This document shows positions 44,806 through 55,221 of a stretch of 64,000 bases of DNA, piece after piece. The translations under genes and the position numbers were made by a program. Under the pieces are notes generated by a model, which searched no databases, had not been told where the DNA came from, and saw only the letters and a program-made list of their open reading frames with translations. The stretch comes from Planctomycetota bacterium. Lineage in GTDB: Bacteria > Planctomycetota > UBA8108 > SXIK01. The stretch is from NCBI GenBank assembly GCA_965223265.1, contig OZ244999.1, positions 768,001-832,000 on the forward strand, read 5' to 3'. Within the stretch, counting starts at the first letter, position 1, and each line of letters starts with the position of its first letter.

Positions 44806-46500
44806 CTACAGAGGACACTCGGGATTGGGTGTGGCGCAATCGGCGCTGGGTGCTGACGAGCACGCCGGCGTCAACGGATCGATCCAGTCGACCGGAAGGT
44901 CACCCGAGGCGAACAGAAAGTTGAGCAGAAAGATCATGTCACCGACGTCGGTCCGGCCGTCAGCGTCGAGGTCGCAGGCCGCTGCGCAGGGGGGGATCTC
45001 CGTATTGGGTACGAACAACCAGTTCAGGCCGAAGACGGCCGAACCGAGCTGTGGGATGGAGCCGATTCCGTCGCAGACCCCGCGAATGAAGCTGTTGCCG
45101 ATCGGGGTGGCGAAGGTCAGCTCTGATCCGTAGCAGCCGGTCGCGTCGTCGCGAAAGAACTGGATAGCGAGGAGATCTGTCTCGAGGGAGCTGTTGATCA
45201 GAATGGCGTCGAATGAGGTGTCGAGCGAACCCAAAAAACTCAGCTGATCGTCCCGAAGTCTCCATACATCGATCCAATCTGATCGATCGGCTGCCGTCCA
45301 GTTGAGGAGCATCTGGTTCGATCCCGGTAGGAATTCTTGACTGAATTCCGTCACCGCGTTGGTGTGGGGCGTCGTGCTGAGAACATTGAGTGTCGACGAG
45401 GTCAGAGTGGTCTCCGTGCCATCTTCGCAGACACCCCGAACGGCAAAGTCGTGTTCGCCAGCATCGAGATCAAACAAACTGACGGTCGATGCGGTTCCAG
45501 CCAGAGTCACTGCCTCGGCGCCGTCGAGAAGCACCTTCACTTCGTCGAAATTGCCTGGATTGATCCAGGTGGCGAACACGTCATTCACACCCTCTGAGGT
45601 CGAGTACCTGAACTGACTAGGCGTGAAATCAATCGGTGCGGTGCACTTGACTGTGGAACAATCCAAATTGCACGTTGTGTCAATAAAGCCACCACGATAG
45701 GCGCCTTCGTCGTTGAAGAGAAAGCCAATGTTGGTGATCTCCCAGGTCCCCGGCGAGGCGTTGATGAAGAGGAGACCATCGCGCCTTCCCGTCTCGGTCG
45801 ACGTTGCGAGTTGGAAAGTGCCCGACTGCACGAGAATTGTGTGACTTGTCGGTACCGGTTCGTTGCTTTCCCAAGTAACCACGAGATCGCAGAGTGCATC
45901 GGGGTTGACAACGCGTCCTTCGACACACGAGAGGTTCGCGACGTCAGCGAATGGCTGCTCTGAGAGCACCGTGATACTGGCTTCTGCGTCGCTTGGAACG
46001 CCAGCACCGGAAACCGTGAACGTTATGCGTCCGGCCGGAATGCCGCCAACGAAGGCGGTGTTGGTATTGGGAAGTTCATCGATTCCCAAGCCGTCGACGC
46101 GAATGCCGTCCCCGATACTCGCGCCGAATTCGTCCACGGCAGTGATGCGAACCCCAGTCAAGTTTGGTGACGTCTCATCCCAAATCAGAAGGACGGTGTT
46201 GCTCGCATTACCACTCGCTTCGAAGTCGGTCTGCAGCACGGCGAGTGCCTGAACGTTGCCGCCGGCGCCGTCTTGCGCTTGCGCCCGGGCGGAGCGCCAC
46301 GTCTCGACGTGAAACTTCCGACTGACTGCCAAGGGTTGATAGACTTCCAGCTCACCGAGATTGCCGAGAAATCTTCCTCGGTCGCGATGCGGTGGGGCGA
46401 TTTCCCACTCCGTCGTTGCGTTGGTCCGCAAACGATCCGCGCCGCAGAGAGTCGGATGCACAGCCGCAAGAGCGAAAACGGACACCATGAGAACGCGCAT
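44806..46500 (-). CDS. Secreted beta-rich protein with C-terminal dockerin-like domain
   Basis: Signal peptide from ATG 46500; C-terminal FIRGVCDG...PPCAAACDLDADGRTDVGDMIFLLNFLF. Confidence 0.75.
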   Translation of the reverse strand: MRVLMVSVFALAAVHPTLCGADRLRTNATTEWEIAPPHRDRGRFLGNLGELEVYQPLAVSRKFHVETWRSARAQAQDGAGGNVQALAVLQTDFEASGNASNTVLLIWDETSPNLTGVRITAVDEFGASIGDGIRVDGLGIDELPNTNTAFVGGIPAGRITFTVSGAGVPSDAEASITVLSEQPFADVANLSCVEGRVVNPDALCDLVVTWESNEPVPTSHTILVQSGTFQLATSTETGRRDGLLFINASPGTWEITNIGFLFNDEGAYRGGFIDTTCNLDCSTVKCTAPIDFTPSQFRYSTSEGVNDVFATWINPGNFDEVKVLLDGAEAVTLAGTASTVSLFDLDAGEHDFAVRGVCEDGTETTLTSSTLNVLSTTPHTNAVTEFSQEFLPGSNQMLLNWTAADRSDWIDVWRLRDDQLSFLGSLDTSFDAILINSSLETDLLAIQFFRDDATGCYGSELTFATPIGNSFIRGVCDGIGSIPQLGSAVFGLNWLFVPNTEIPPCAAACDLDADGRTDVGDMIFLLNFLFASGDLPVDWIDPLTPACSSAPSADCATPNPECPL

Positions 46501-47030
46501 GGGCACTCCAGCTCTTTTCAAGTTGAAGGGATCAAGGGGTTCGACGCCGCCAACCAGATCGGTTTGCTCTACCAACTCTGTGCCGCAGACACACCGCATC
46601 AGAGTCCCCTCCCTATCTCCCGTACAGATCCGGAATCTATTGTCCGGCCCGCCAAAGGTGGCGTCAACATGCGGTTCCGGGCAGCACGGTGCCGCGGGTG
46701 CCTCATGCGCCGCTCCAAGGCATACCACGTTCTGAGTCAGCCCCCGCGACCGACGCCCACCCGATACAACGGCCAGGCGGACGGCTCACGGCTGTCGAAA
46801 TGGCGGCTCTTGCTGTGAGAATGAGGGGGCTCGCACCGTTAGGCATGCAGAATAGCTCCGTCAATGGCCATGTTAGAGAGGAGAGACCGGTATTTGAGGG
46901 TATTTTGTGCTGAGAAATGATCGTTTTGGAGGATAATGCAGTCCTGGAATCGGCTCTTTGTCGATTCTGTGTCGATTTCAGAGTCCTCCGGCCTCGATTT
47001 CTTTCTAGATAGCCCGATTTGGAGCGATTT

Positions 47031-48731
47031 GTGACTGGCGCCGACATCATCATCGAAGCTTTGCGGCGGGAAAACGTTCAACACGTGTTCGGTCTGCCTG
47101 GCGGTGCGGTGATGCCGGTATTCGACGCGATCCTGGACGCCAAGATCCAGCTCATTCTTACGCGACATGAGCAGGGGGCGGCTCACATGGCCGATGGGTA
47201 CGCCCGTGCTACTGGTCTCCCCGGCGTCGTGCTGGTGACGAGTGGACCCGGGGCGACGAACACCGTCACCGGACTCCTGACTGCTCACATGGACTCAGCC
47301 CCTCTCGTGGTCATCTGTGGGCAACAGATCACACCGATGCTTGGAAAGGATGCGTTTCAGGAAGCGGACATCTTCGGCATCACGATTCCGGTGGTGAAGC
47401 ATTCCTATCTCGTCAAGAGCCCCAACGATCTTCCGCGCGTTATGAAGGAGGCGTTTCACATCTGCCGCACGGGCCGGCCAGGGCCGGTTCTCGTCGACGT
47501 ACCAAAGGACGTCGCTTCCAAGGATTGCGACACCACGTTTCCCGAGACGCTGGAGCTACCCGGTTACGACGTGCCGAGCTCCGCGGATCTCGATGCGATC
47601 TATGCTGCCGCCGATCTCCTGCGGCAATCGAAGCGGCCCCTTCTCTATGTCGGCCAAGGAGTGATTCTCTCTGGCGCTGCTGCGCCCGTTCTCCAGCTTG
47701 CTGAGGTCTTGAATGCTCCGGTCGTGACGACCCTGCTTGGCAAAGGGGGGTTTCCGGAGACGCACGATCTCTCCCTCGGCATGATGGGCATGCACGGCAC
47801 CGCGTACGCCAACAAGGCGGTCGTCGGTTGCGATTTGATCATGTGCATCGGTGGACGCTGGGACGACCGCATCACAGGAAAGCTGGAGGAGTTTTGCCCG
47901 ACCGCCAAGAAGATTCACGTCGACATCGACCGAGCAGAGTTCGGCAAGGTGGTGCAGCCGGACGTCTCCCTTGTCGGTGACGCGAAGCTCGTCGTCGAGG
48001 ATCTCCTCAAGCATGTACAGCGTCTCGACACCGATGAGTGGCTCTCTGAGGTCACCGAGTGGAAGCGACGTTTTCCGCTAAAGTATCCGAAGCGAGGTGG
48101 ATTGAAGGCGCAGCACGTCTTGCAGTGCCTCTTCGAAGTGACCGACGGAAAGGCCATCGTCACTACGGATGTCGGACAACACCAGATGTGGTGCGCGCAG
48201 TTCTATCGTACTTCGTTCGAGCGCCAGTGGATCACGAGCGGCGGAGCTGGGAGCATGGGGTTCGGATTTCCGGCAGCGATCGGAGCTCAATTCGGTCGTC
48301 CAAATGACGTCGTGTGGGCAGTTGTCGGCGACGGCGGCTTTCAGATGACACTGAGCGAGTTGTCAACGGCGGTGATCCACCGACTGCCGGTGAAAGTTCT
48401 CATCATCAACAATGCCTATCTCGGAATGGTGAGGCAGTGGCAGGAGCTCTTTTTCGACAATCGCTATTCGGGCGTCGACCTGCAGGGCAACCCTGATTTT
48501 GTCAAGCTGGCGGAAGCCTACGGTGCGCGCGGCTTTCGCATTCGCCGCAGTGGCGACGTTCGTCGCATCTTGAAGGAAGCCATGGCGTACAGCGACGGGC
48601 CGTGCGTCGTCGATGCGGTTGTCGAGAAGGAAGGCAACGTCTTTCCGATGATCCCGGCTGGCGCCGCGGTCAAGGACATGATCGTTGAGCCTCCCAAGGA
48701 GAAGCTCGCGAAGCCTGAGGGGAGTACTTGA
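47031..48731 (+). CDS. ilvB: Acetolactate synthase large subunit (biosynthetic)
   Basis: FGLPGG, RHEQGA.HMADGYAR, TSGPGATN, GRPGPV, GMHG, DVGQHQMW and GDGGFQM. GTG 47031 follows GGAG. Confidence 0.96.
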   Translation: MTGADIIIEALRRENVQHVFGLPGGAVMPVFDAILDAKIQLILTRHEQGAAHMADGYARATGLPGVVLVTSGPGATNTVTGLLTAHMDSAPLVVICGQQITPMLGKDAFQEADIFGITIPVVKHSYLVKSPNDLPRVMKEAFHICRTGRPGPVLVDVPKDVASKDCDTTFPETLELPGYDVPSSADLDAIYAAADLLRQSKRPLLYVGQGVILSGAAAPVLQLAEVLNAPVVTTLLGKGGFPETHDLSLGMMGMHGTAYANKAVVGCDLIMCIGGRWDDRITGKLEEFCPTAKKIHVDIDRAEFGKVVQPDVSLVGDAKLVVEDLLKHVQRLDTDEWLSEVTEWKRRFPLKYPKRGGLKAQHVLQCLFEVTDGKAIVTTDVGQHQMWCAQFYRTSFERQWITSGGAGSMGFGFPAAIGAQFGRPNDVVWAVVGDGGFQMTLSELSTAVIHRLPVKVLIINNAYLGMVRQWQELFFDNRYSGVDLQGNPDFVKLAEAYGARGFRIRRSGDVRRILKEAMAYSDGPCVVDAVVEKEGNVFPMIPAGAAVKDMIVEPPKEKLAKPEGST

Positions 48732-48734
48732 GGC

Positions 48735-49226
48735 ATGAATCGTTCCCACACGATCAGTGTTCGCGTGCATGACCGACCAGGTGTGTTGTCTCGAATCGCC
48801 CAGGTGTTCGCACGCCGCGGCTACAACATCGACTCTCTGGTTGTCAGTCAGGCGCACACGAAGGGCTTCTCACGCATGACGATCGACTGCCAGGGCGATC
48901 CAGCGGTTTTGGACCAGATCATCAAACAGCTCAACAAATTGGTCGACGTTGTGCGTGCGGCGGAGCACCAGACCGAGTCATCGGTGGCGCGAGAACTGGC
49001 ACTATTCAAGGTCAAGGGCGACGCTTCGAGGCGTAGCGAAATCCTCCAAATCATCGATATCTTTCGCGCCAAGACTGTCGACATTGGTGAGCACAGCCTC
49101 ATCGCGGAAGTGACCGGTACGGCGGAAAAGCTCGACGCGTTTGAGAATCTCATGAACGACTACGGCATTCTTGAGATGATTCGTTCAGGCAGCGTTGCCA
49201 TGGCTCGCGGACCGGAGTTGACTTGA
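48735..49226 (+). CDS. ilvN: Acetolactate synthase small regulatory subunit
   Basis: PGVLSRIAQVFARRGYNIDSL, QIIKQLNKLVDV and RELAL.KV. Confidence 0.95.
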   Translation: MNRSHTISVRVHDRPGVLSRIAQVFARRGYNIDSLVVSQAHTKGFSRMTIDCQGDPAVLDQIIKQLNKLVDVVRAAEHQTESSVARELALFKVKGDASRRSEILQIIDIFRAKTVDIGEHSLIAEVTGTAEKLDAFENLMNDYGILEMIRSGSVAMARGPELT

Positions 49227-49430
49227 TGGGGCCGCCGGAGGAGCTGCGGACACTCGCCACGAGGCCGCCCCCCGCGCTGTTGACGAGGTTTGCGAGTTCG
49301 ACGCGGGGTCGGGGCAAATACGACGAGCCGCTCGGCGACCGCTTCTCGCAGTGGTTACCCACGCGTGGAGGGATCGTCGGCAGTGAAAGAACCAGTTGAC
49401 GCCAACCTGTCAATGACTTAGGACGCGAAC

Positions 49431-50474
49431 ATGAGTGCGCCGATCGATCTTAGAAGCGACACCGTTACTCGACCTGACGCCCCCATGCTGGAGGCGATGC
49501 GGGTCGCGCCTCTTGGCGACGATGTCTTTGGCGACGACCCGACGGTGCACCAGCTGGAAGCTACTGCCGCGTCTCTCCTCGGCAAGGAAGCATCACTTTT
49601 CGTACCGACGGGAACGATGGCCAACTCGATCGCCATTGGTCTGGCTGCCGATCCTGGCGACGAGGCTCTGGTGGAGGCAAGTGCCCACAGTTTTCACTTT
49701 GAGGTCGCCGGTATCTCGCGGCTTTGGGGGGTGATGCCTAATCCAATTCCAGGCGATCGTGGCGTCGTGTCGCTCGACGTTCTCGGCGCGTCAGTCCTGC
49801 CGTCCAACATTCATCTACCGAAGACAACGGTGGTGATCCTTGAGCAGACCGCAAACCTTGCTGGCGGTCGAGTGCTGCCTCTCGATTACCTGCAAGCCGT
49901 CGGCAGGTTTTGCCGCCAGAAGAAGCTGCACTTCCACCTCGACGGGGCGCGCATCTTTAATGCTGCGGTGGCTTCGGGCGTGCCCGCTCGAGACTACGCG
50001 GCGTGCGCCGACACGGTGATGTTTTGCGTCTCCAAAGGGCTTGGAGCACCGGCCGGATCGCTTCTTGTCGGCTCGGCTGCCCATATAGAAGCTGGGCGTC
50101 GGCTCCGTAAGCTTCTCGGCGGCGGCATGCGCCAGGCCGGCGTCCTGGCTGCTGCTGGGCTCTACGCACTCGAGCACAACGTCGAGCGTCTCGCCGAGGA
50201 TCACGCCGCCGCTCGCCAGCTCGCCGCCGCCCTGCGTGCGGTTGACGGCGATTTGGTCGAACCGGATTCTCCTGAATCCAACATGCTGTACTTACGTGGG
50301 CGGCAGATCGACACGGGGTGGGCGCCGCCATTTGTCGAGCGGCTCGCGGATCGTGGCGTGCTCGCCGTGGCCTTGGGAAACGCGGTACGGTTCGTCTTTC
50401 ACAAGGACGTCGCGCCGAAGGACGTGGACGTCGCCTGCGATCATGTCGTCGAGCTCGTCGGAGCGCTCAAGTGA
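49431..50474 (+). CDS. ltaE: Low-specificity L-threonine aldolase
   Basis: IDLRSDTVTRP, GDDVFGDDPTV, HLDGARIFNA, SKGLGAP and GGGMRQAG. Confidence 0.94.
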   Translation: MSAPIDLRSDTVTRPDAPMLEAMRVAPLGDDVFGDDPTVHQLEATAASLLGKEASLFVPTGTMANSIAIGLAADPGDEALVEASAHSFHFEVAGISRLWGVMPNPIPGDRGVVSLDVLGASVLPSNIHLPKTTVVILEQTANLAGGRVLPLDYLQAVGRFCRQKKLHFHLDGARIFNAAVASGVPARDYAACADTVMFCVSKGLGAPAGSLLVGSAAHIEAGRRLRKLLGGGMRQAGVLAAAGLYALEHNVERLAEDHAAARQLAAALRAVDGDLVEPDSPESNMLYLRGRQIDTGWAPPFVERLADRGVLAVALGNAVRFVFHKDVAPKDVDVACDHVVELVGALK

Positions 50475-50621
50475 TCCGGTGCACAGCCGATATCTCTCTT
50501 GTCGGCCGATGGCATGGCCGATTTGGGTCAGCTCCCTGAGAAAGAGTCATCCGGACGAGAAGCTGACCTGTTCACGCCTGATTCGAACGCGTGAAGACTC
50601 GAAGACCGCGGGAGTGACCAC

Positions 50622-52244
50622 ATGAGTGACACCTCTGACGACGCGCGAGAAAGGCGAACACAGGAGGGTGCGCCTGAGTCTTCTTCTGGAACGTCGTCAG
50701 AAGTTGCGAAGCCCGTGGCGGGAATGAAGGCGACGGCTGTCTCCGGCGCCGCGTTCGGAGTCTCGGCGCAGCTCTCTCGTAGCGTCTTTCGCATGCTGAC
50801 GCTCGCCGTTTTGGCGCGGTTGCTCTCCGAAGAGGACTATGGTCTAGCTGAGATCGCACTGGCGTTCAACGCGTTCGGGATGATCTTCCGAGACTTGGGG
50901 CTCGTCCAAGCGTCGATGCGCGCACCGAACCTCACTCACGAGCAGTCCTCCGGTCTCTTTTGGATCAACGTATCGCTCGCCACTGTCTGTTCGCTCCTGG
51001 TCGTCGTCGTCGCTGTGGCCTTGCAGGTATGGGGTGGCCCAGAGTCGCGCGAAGCAGGTCAGCTCGTTCTCGTGTTGGCCCCTACTGCGCTCGTCGCCTC
51101 CCTGGGCGGCCAACCGATCGTTCACCTGTCACGCCAGCTGCGCTTCAAAACGCTTGCGATTGTCCAGTCCGTTCCGTCGTTCGCCGGTCCGTTGGTCGCT
51201 ATCTGCATCGCACTAGCCGGCGGTGGCGTGTGGGCGTTGATCGCGCAGCATTGGGTTGTGTTCCTGCTGGAGGCCGTGCTTGCTTGGTTGGCGTCGGGTT
51301 GGCGTCCGCTCCGGCCGCAACGCCCGCGGGCGATCGGATCGATCGTACGGCATGGACTTTGGATGACGATCTCCGAGTTTTTCTACATGGGGCAGCTGAA
51401 AGCGCAGCGCCTGATCATTGGATTCGTTCTGGGAACGGCTGTACTCGGCAATTTCGGCCGGGCCATGACTCTCTTGGAGATGCCTGGGAAGAATCTGTTC
51501 ACCCCGATTGCCCGTGTCCTGATTCCGTCGCTGGCACGTCTGCAGCACGAACCACAGCGGTTCGCTCAGGCCGCGCTGCGTGTCGCTCGTTCATTGGATA
51601 CGATCATGGCACCGATTCTTGCGGTGGGGATTTCCGTCGGAGATCATTTTGTTCGCATCCTCTTGAGTGCGAAGTGGGTCGAAGCAGCACAAATCTTTCC
51701 CGTTCTCGTTGCATCACTGCTGGGGCTCGGCTCTAGTCTCCAAGCTCACTGGATGCTGGTCACCCTCGGGTTTGGTCGGCGGCAAACCGTACTCACCGCC
51801 GCCAGCTCGATCGTCGAGTTGCTTTTTGTGGTCTCCGGGTTGCTTTTGGCTCAAGAGTTCGGCTGGGCTGGGATTGTCGGCGTGGCGTGCGGTTACGCCA
51901 TATCCAAATTGGTCATGCGGATCCCGCTACTTTTCTTTGCTCTCCGACCATCTCCGGTGTCGATACGCGAGTTCATGCGAACGATTTTTTTCCCGAATTT
52001 CTCGGTCGTTTGTGGCGTCGCTTGCGCCTTCGTGACCTTGTTCTTTCTGCGCGACGCCGACGAGTGGATCCGGCTGGTTGTCGGAGGTGGCGTCGCGTTT
52101 GGCGTCAGTCTAGGCTTGATTCTGGCGCGGCGTGACACTCGACTTGGGTTGGTCGAAATCCTCACGGCCGTGGGTAAGAAGTATTCGCGCCGCAATCGCG
52201 ACGTCGAAGAAGCCAACAAGGCTCCCGGAGACCAAAGTGCTTGA
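50622..52244 (+). CDS. Polysaccharide flippase (Wzx/PST family)
   Basis: VLARLLSEEDYGL, DLGL, S.LFWIN and GGGVWAL; many transmembrane helices. Confidence 0.9.
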   Translation: MSDTSDDARERRTQEGAPESSSGTSSEVAKPVAGMKATAVSGAAFGVSAQLSRSVFRMLTLAVLARLLSEEDYGLAEIALAFNAFGMIFRDLGLVQASMRAPNLTHEQSSGLFWINVSLATVCSLLVVVVAVALQVWGGPESREAGQLVLVLAPTALVASLGGQPIVHLSRQLRFKTLAIVQSVPSFAGPLVAICIALAGGGVWALIAQHWVVFLLEAVLAWLASGWRPLRPQRPRAIGSIVRHGLWMTISEFFYMGQLKAQRLIIGFVLGTAVLGNFGRAMTLLEMPGKNLFTPIARVLIPSLARLQHEPQRFAQAALRVARSLDTIMAPILAVGISVGDHFVRILLSAKWVEAAQIFPVLVASLLGLGSSLQAHWMLVTLGFGRRQTVLTAASSIVELLFVVSGLLLAQEFGWAGIVGVACGYAISKLVMRIPLLFFALRPSPVSIREFMRTIFFPNFSVVCGVACAFVTLFFLRDADEWIRLVVGGGVAFGVSLGLILARRDTRLGLVEILTAVGKKYSRRNRDVEEANKAPGDQSA

Positions 52245-52746
52245 CGCGTGGTCTACGTGTTTGGTTGTGTTCGCTGCGCTGGCGGCAGCGGCGATTGTCG
52301 TCGTCCTGCGGCCGACGATTCAGCGTCGCATGTTGCTACGACATATTCGCAACGCCCGGCGGGCGTTCGTCTGCGAATTCGAAAGAGTGTGCGCCGAGCA
52401 TTTCGCTCTCGCGGTCGGCAGGAGCGAATCGGAGAGCGCTCGGTGGCTGACCTGCGCCTACCGAGCGGCTGGGCTCATATGTGTGAGCGCTCAATGGACC
52501 GTTTGCGTCCTGGTGCCGGCTGAGATCCGGCTGCGGTTGGAGTCCGGTGACGCTCCGTCGTCGAAGCCGGATGACGATGTCTTGCGAGCAGCGGCGGTAT
52601 TCGTCTGGGACGGGCGGCGTTGGTGCACCGACGGACGGACGATTCGGAACTGCTCGCCCGACAGAGTGCTGGCGATCTTTGGTCACGAGTTCCGGCCTCC
52701 GCTTGCGTTGGTGAGTGCCGAACGTGACGTTCTCGTCGAGGCTTGA
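52237..52746 (+). CDS. Hypothetical membrane-anchored protein
   Basis: GTG overlapping the flippase end; N-terminal transmembrane helix; AVF.WDGRRW.TDGR...N..P motif that I recall from planctomycete hypotheticals (not verified). Confidence 0.6.
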   Translation: MLDAWSTCLVVFAALAAAAIVVVLRPTIQRRMLLRHIRNARRAFVCEFERVCAEHFALAVGRSESESARWLTCAYRAAGLICVSAQWTVCVLVPAEIRLRLESGDAPSSKPDDDVLRAAAVFVWDGRRWCTDGRTIRNCSPDRVLAIFGHEFRPPLALVSAERDVLVEA

Positions 52747-52804
52747 CCCGTGAACCGGAGTTTTCCCCCACGGATGGAAGGCAAGTTGAGTTCGATCGGA
52801 ATCG

Positions 52805-54295
52805 TTACTTCGACTGTGAGCCACAGAAACCGGCTATGAGCCGGTCATACTGCTCATCGAGCCGGGCTCGGAGGGCTGCGGTGCGAGCCGGGAGCGTGTC
52901 CTTAAACTCATCCTCAACGTCCCGAAGTTCTTCGAACTTCTCGATCAACTCCTTGGCAGTCAGGCCTTCCCCATCCACGGCGAACTGTGGGTAGCCAAGA
53001 TAACGGTAGAGTTCGTGGGTTTTCTCGTTGTACGCCAGGCCGATCGCCGGGATGCCCAAGAGATGCGGTAGCAATGTGCCGTGAAACCGGCCGGCGACGA
53101 CGAATCTGCACGAGCTGATCTCGTTGATGAGGTCACTGTGCGTCTCGATGTTCGGCACGAAGACCTGCGTTTGGTGTTCTAGAGGGACTGCTTCAAGGAG
53201 CGCTGCTCTGAGCCGCTGATTGACGTCGTAGTCTGCCCTGGTCTGCGTATAGAACAGATTGATCCGGTATCGTTCTTTGACGAGCCAGCATGCGAATTGC
53301 GTGATGGCGCTCATGTATGCGTCGTAGAGCGCGTCTTCGAACTCCTTGGAGTAGCGGCGGTCGAAGTACGGGTATGCGTTCAGGCCGACGACAGCTTCGA
53401 GTCGCGACTCGTTCGGTGACGGATCCATCGTTCGTGATGTCGAACGCCGGTTCGAGGCGCGCTCCAATGAGGCGAGCGGGTAGCTGAATGCAAGGTCCGG
53501 ATAGACAGAGAATTGCCGGGTTTCGGCCGCAAAGCCGCGGATCAGCTGGGCGGAGAACTCGTCCCTGAAGGAGGAGTAGGACGACCATTCCACCGTCTTA
53601 CGAATGAAGAATCTACCGAGGCGAGAAGAGAACGGGCCAGCGCCGACGGACACGAGCGCGAAGGGGGTCTTGGAGATCTTCGCCAAGAGCGCCCAGCGAA
53701 AAAGGTTGTACGGGTGGTTCCATGGTCCGGACCAGCCGTCGTAGAGCTGCCCTGATCCGGCCACGATCAAAAGGTTGATCCCGCGAAGCCTCCGGAGAGA
53801 CCGGAGGCAAAAGAACGGTTCACAGCACACGGATTTCACGTTTCGCCAGAGGGATCTCACCGCGCGGAGTACGGTGTTCGCTCCAGGAGCATTCCTCACC
53901 CACCGTTTGAGTCGCTGCTGCGATCCATTCCCCTCGTTCGACGCCGATGGAGCCTTGAATCCAGGAACATGTGGCCCTTGGCGTGCGGCGACGACCGCTG
54001 AACGTGCCATTGGGAAGGCCTCGATTCCGTGGCGATACCGAGTGTCGGAAGGGTTCAACGAGAGCCCGACCATCTCGCCGTCTGCAAGGCGCCCTCGCAA
54101 CTGCGCGATCAGGGTACTCACGACGATCTCGTCACCCAGGTTGCCACCGTGATAGTGGCCGCAAATCGCGATCCGCGGTGCGTGCAGCGTCTGAGCTGCG
54201 GTGCTGCGGCTATCGTCGGTTGTCGTCTGCACCTCTGGGACCGTTTCACGGGTCGGTGCCGGTCGCTTCTCGTGTGGCGTCAGTGGAGCGGCCAT
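52805..54295 (-). CDS. Polysaccharide pyruvyl transferase family protein
   Basis: GHYHGGNLGDE, GSGQL, SVGAGP, FRDEFS, PDLAFS and GRFHG. Confidence 0.92.
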   Translation of the reverse strand: MAAPLTPHEKRPAPTRETVPEVQTTTDDSRSTAAQTLHAPRIAICGHYHGGNLGDEIVVSTLIAQLRGRLADGEMVGLSLNPSDTRYRHGIEAFPMARSAVVAARQGPHVPGFKAPSASNEGNGSQQRLKRWVRNAPGANTVLRAVRSLWRNVKSVCCEPFFCLRSLRRLRGINLLIVAGSGQLYDGWSGPWNHPYNLFRWALLAKISKTPFALVSVGAGPFSSRLGRFFIRKTVEWSSYSSFRDEFSAQLIRGFAAETRQFSVYPDLAFSYPLASLERASNRRSTSRTMDPSPNESRLEAVVGLNAYPYFDRRYSKEFEDALYDAYMSAITQFACWLVKERYRINLFYTQTRADYDVNQRLRAALLEAVPLEHQTQVFVPNIETHSDLINEISSCRFVVAGRFHGTLLPHLLGIPAIGLAYNEKTHELYRYLGYPQFAVDGEGLTAKELIEKFEELRDVEDEFKDTLPARTAALRARLDEQYDRLIAGFCGSQSK

Positions 54296-55221
54296 TACGT
54301 CTCTGGGCTCGTGTGGTGTGAACCGCTACGGCCGTTGAAGATTTCTCGTGCCGACAGTTTGAATTCACCGGCGACGACCCGCCAGTACGCGGGACCCCAG
54401 ATGCTCAGCAGAGCATAGAGACATTTTTGGCGTTCCGCGAAGCTCGACACGGAACGGCGAATCGATCTGACGATCTCGACACACTGCTTGGTCCGCGGCA
54501 TGACGAACCGCAGCGAATTGGATGCGTCCATCGTCAGGTGGTAGCTATGTCGCGAACGAGAACATTGAAACGATGATCGGCTGTGCATGCGGCGGAAGTA
54601 CAACGGCTTCGGGATCTCCCAGAACTTCCCTAGCATCGCGAGCTCCGAAAGCAGTACGACGTCGGAAGACTGATAGCTGCCAAGGACGGGCGTCTTCCGC
54701 AAAGAGGTGGCACGAATCAGCCCGAGGGCCGCATGACAAAGTCGACAGTTCTGCAGCACATGTCGCAGACGTGCGCTCGGTGTCTCCAAGTTGCGAAGGT
54801 CCAATCGATCCTCGTACGCTTCGAGCTCGTCGCCGGAGGAGTCGATCAGGGTGGTCTGCGGATAGGCCAGAATGACGTCGTCGCCCTGCTGCTCCAGCAC
54901 GTCGACGCACTCGGCGAGGTAGTCGGGGCCGCAGACGTCGTCAGCGACGACCCACTTGAAGTACTTGCCTGTGGAATGTTCGAAGACGCGGCGACAATTA
55001 GGAGCGATGCCGAGGTTTTGCTCGTTGCGGTGATAGCGGACTCGCCGGTCTGCCTCGACGTACTCCTGGCAGATACTAGGCGTGTCGTCGTTTGACGCGT
55101 TGTCAGAGATGATCAGCTCGAAGTCCGGAAATCTTTGCGCCAAGACTGCGTCAATCGCCTCGCGGACGTAGGCCTCGCCGTTGAATACCGGTAGGCCAAG
55201 ACTGACAAGTGGAGAGCTCAC
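54295..55221 (-). CDS. Glycosyltransferase family 2
   Basis: VSLGLPVFNGE, IISDNASNDDT, NLG...N and YFKW...DD. Confidence 0.93.
   Translation of the reverse strand: MSSPLVSLGLPVFNGEAYVREAIDAVLAQRFPDFELIISDNASNDDTPSICQEYVEADRRVRYHRNEQNLGIAPNCRRVFEHSTGKYFKWVVADDVCGPDYLAECVDVLEQQGDDVILAYPQTTLIDSSGDELEAYEDRLDLRNLETPSARLRHVLQNCRLCHAALGLIRATSLRKTPVLGSYQSSDVVLLSELAMLGKFWEIPKPLYFRRMHSRSSFQCSRSRHSYHLTMDASNSLRFVMPRTKQCVEIVRSIRRSVSSFAERQKCLYALLSIWGPAYWRVVAGEFKLSAREIFNGRSGSHHTSPET

Noticed and set aside
46535-46556. GGGGTTCGACGCCGCCAACCA resembling a tRNA T-arm and CCA end
   Set aside because: The T-stem does not pair, and no acceptor, D or anticodon arms can be built.
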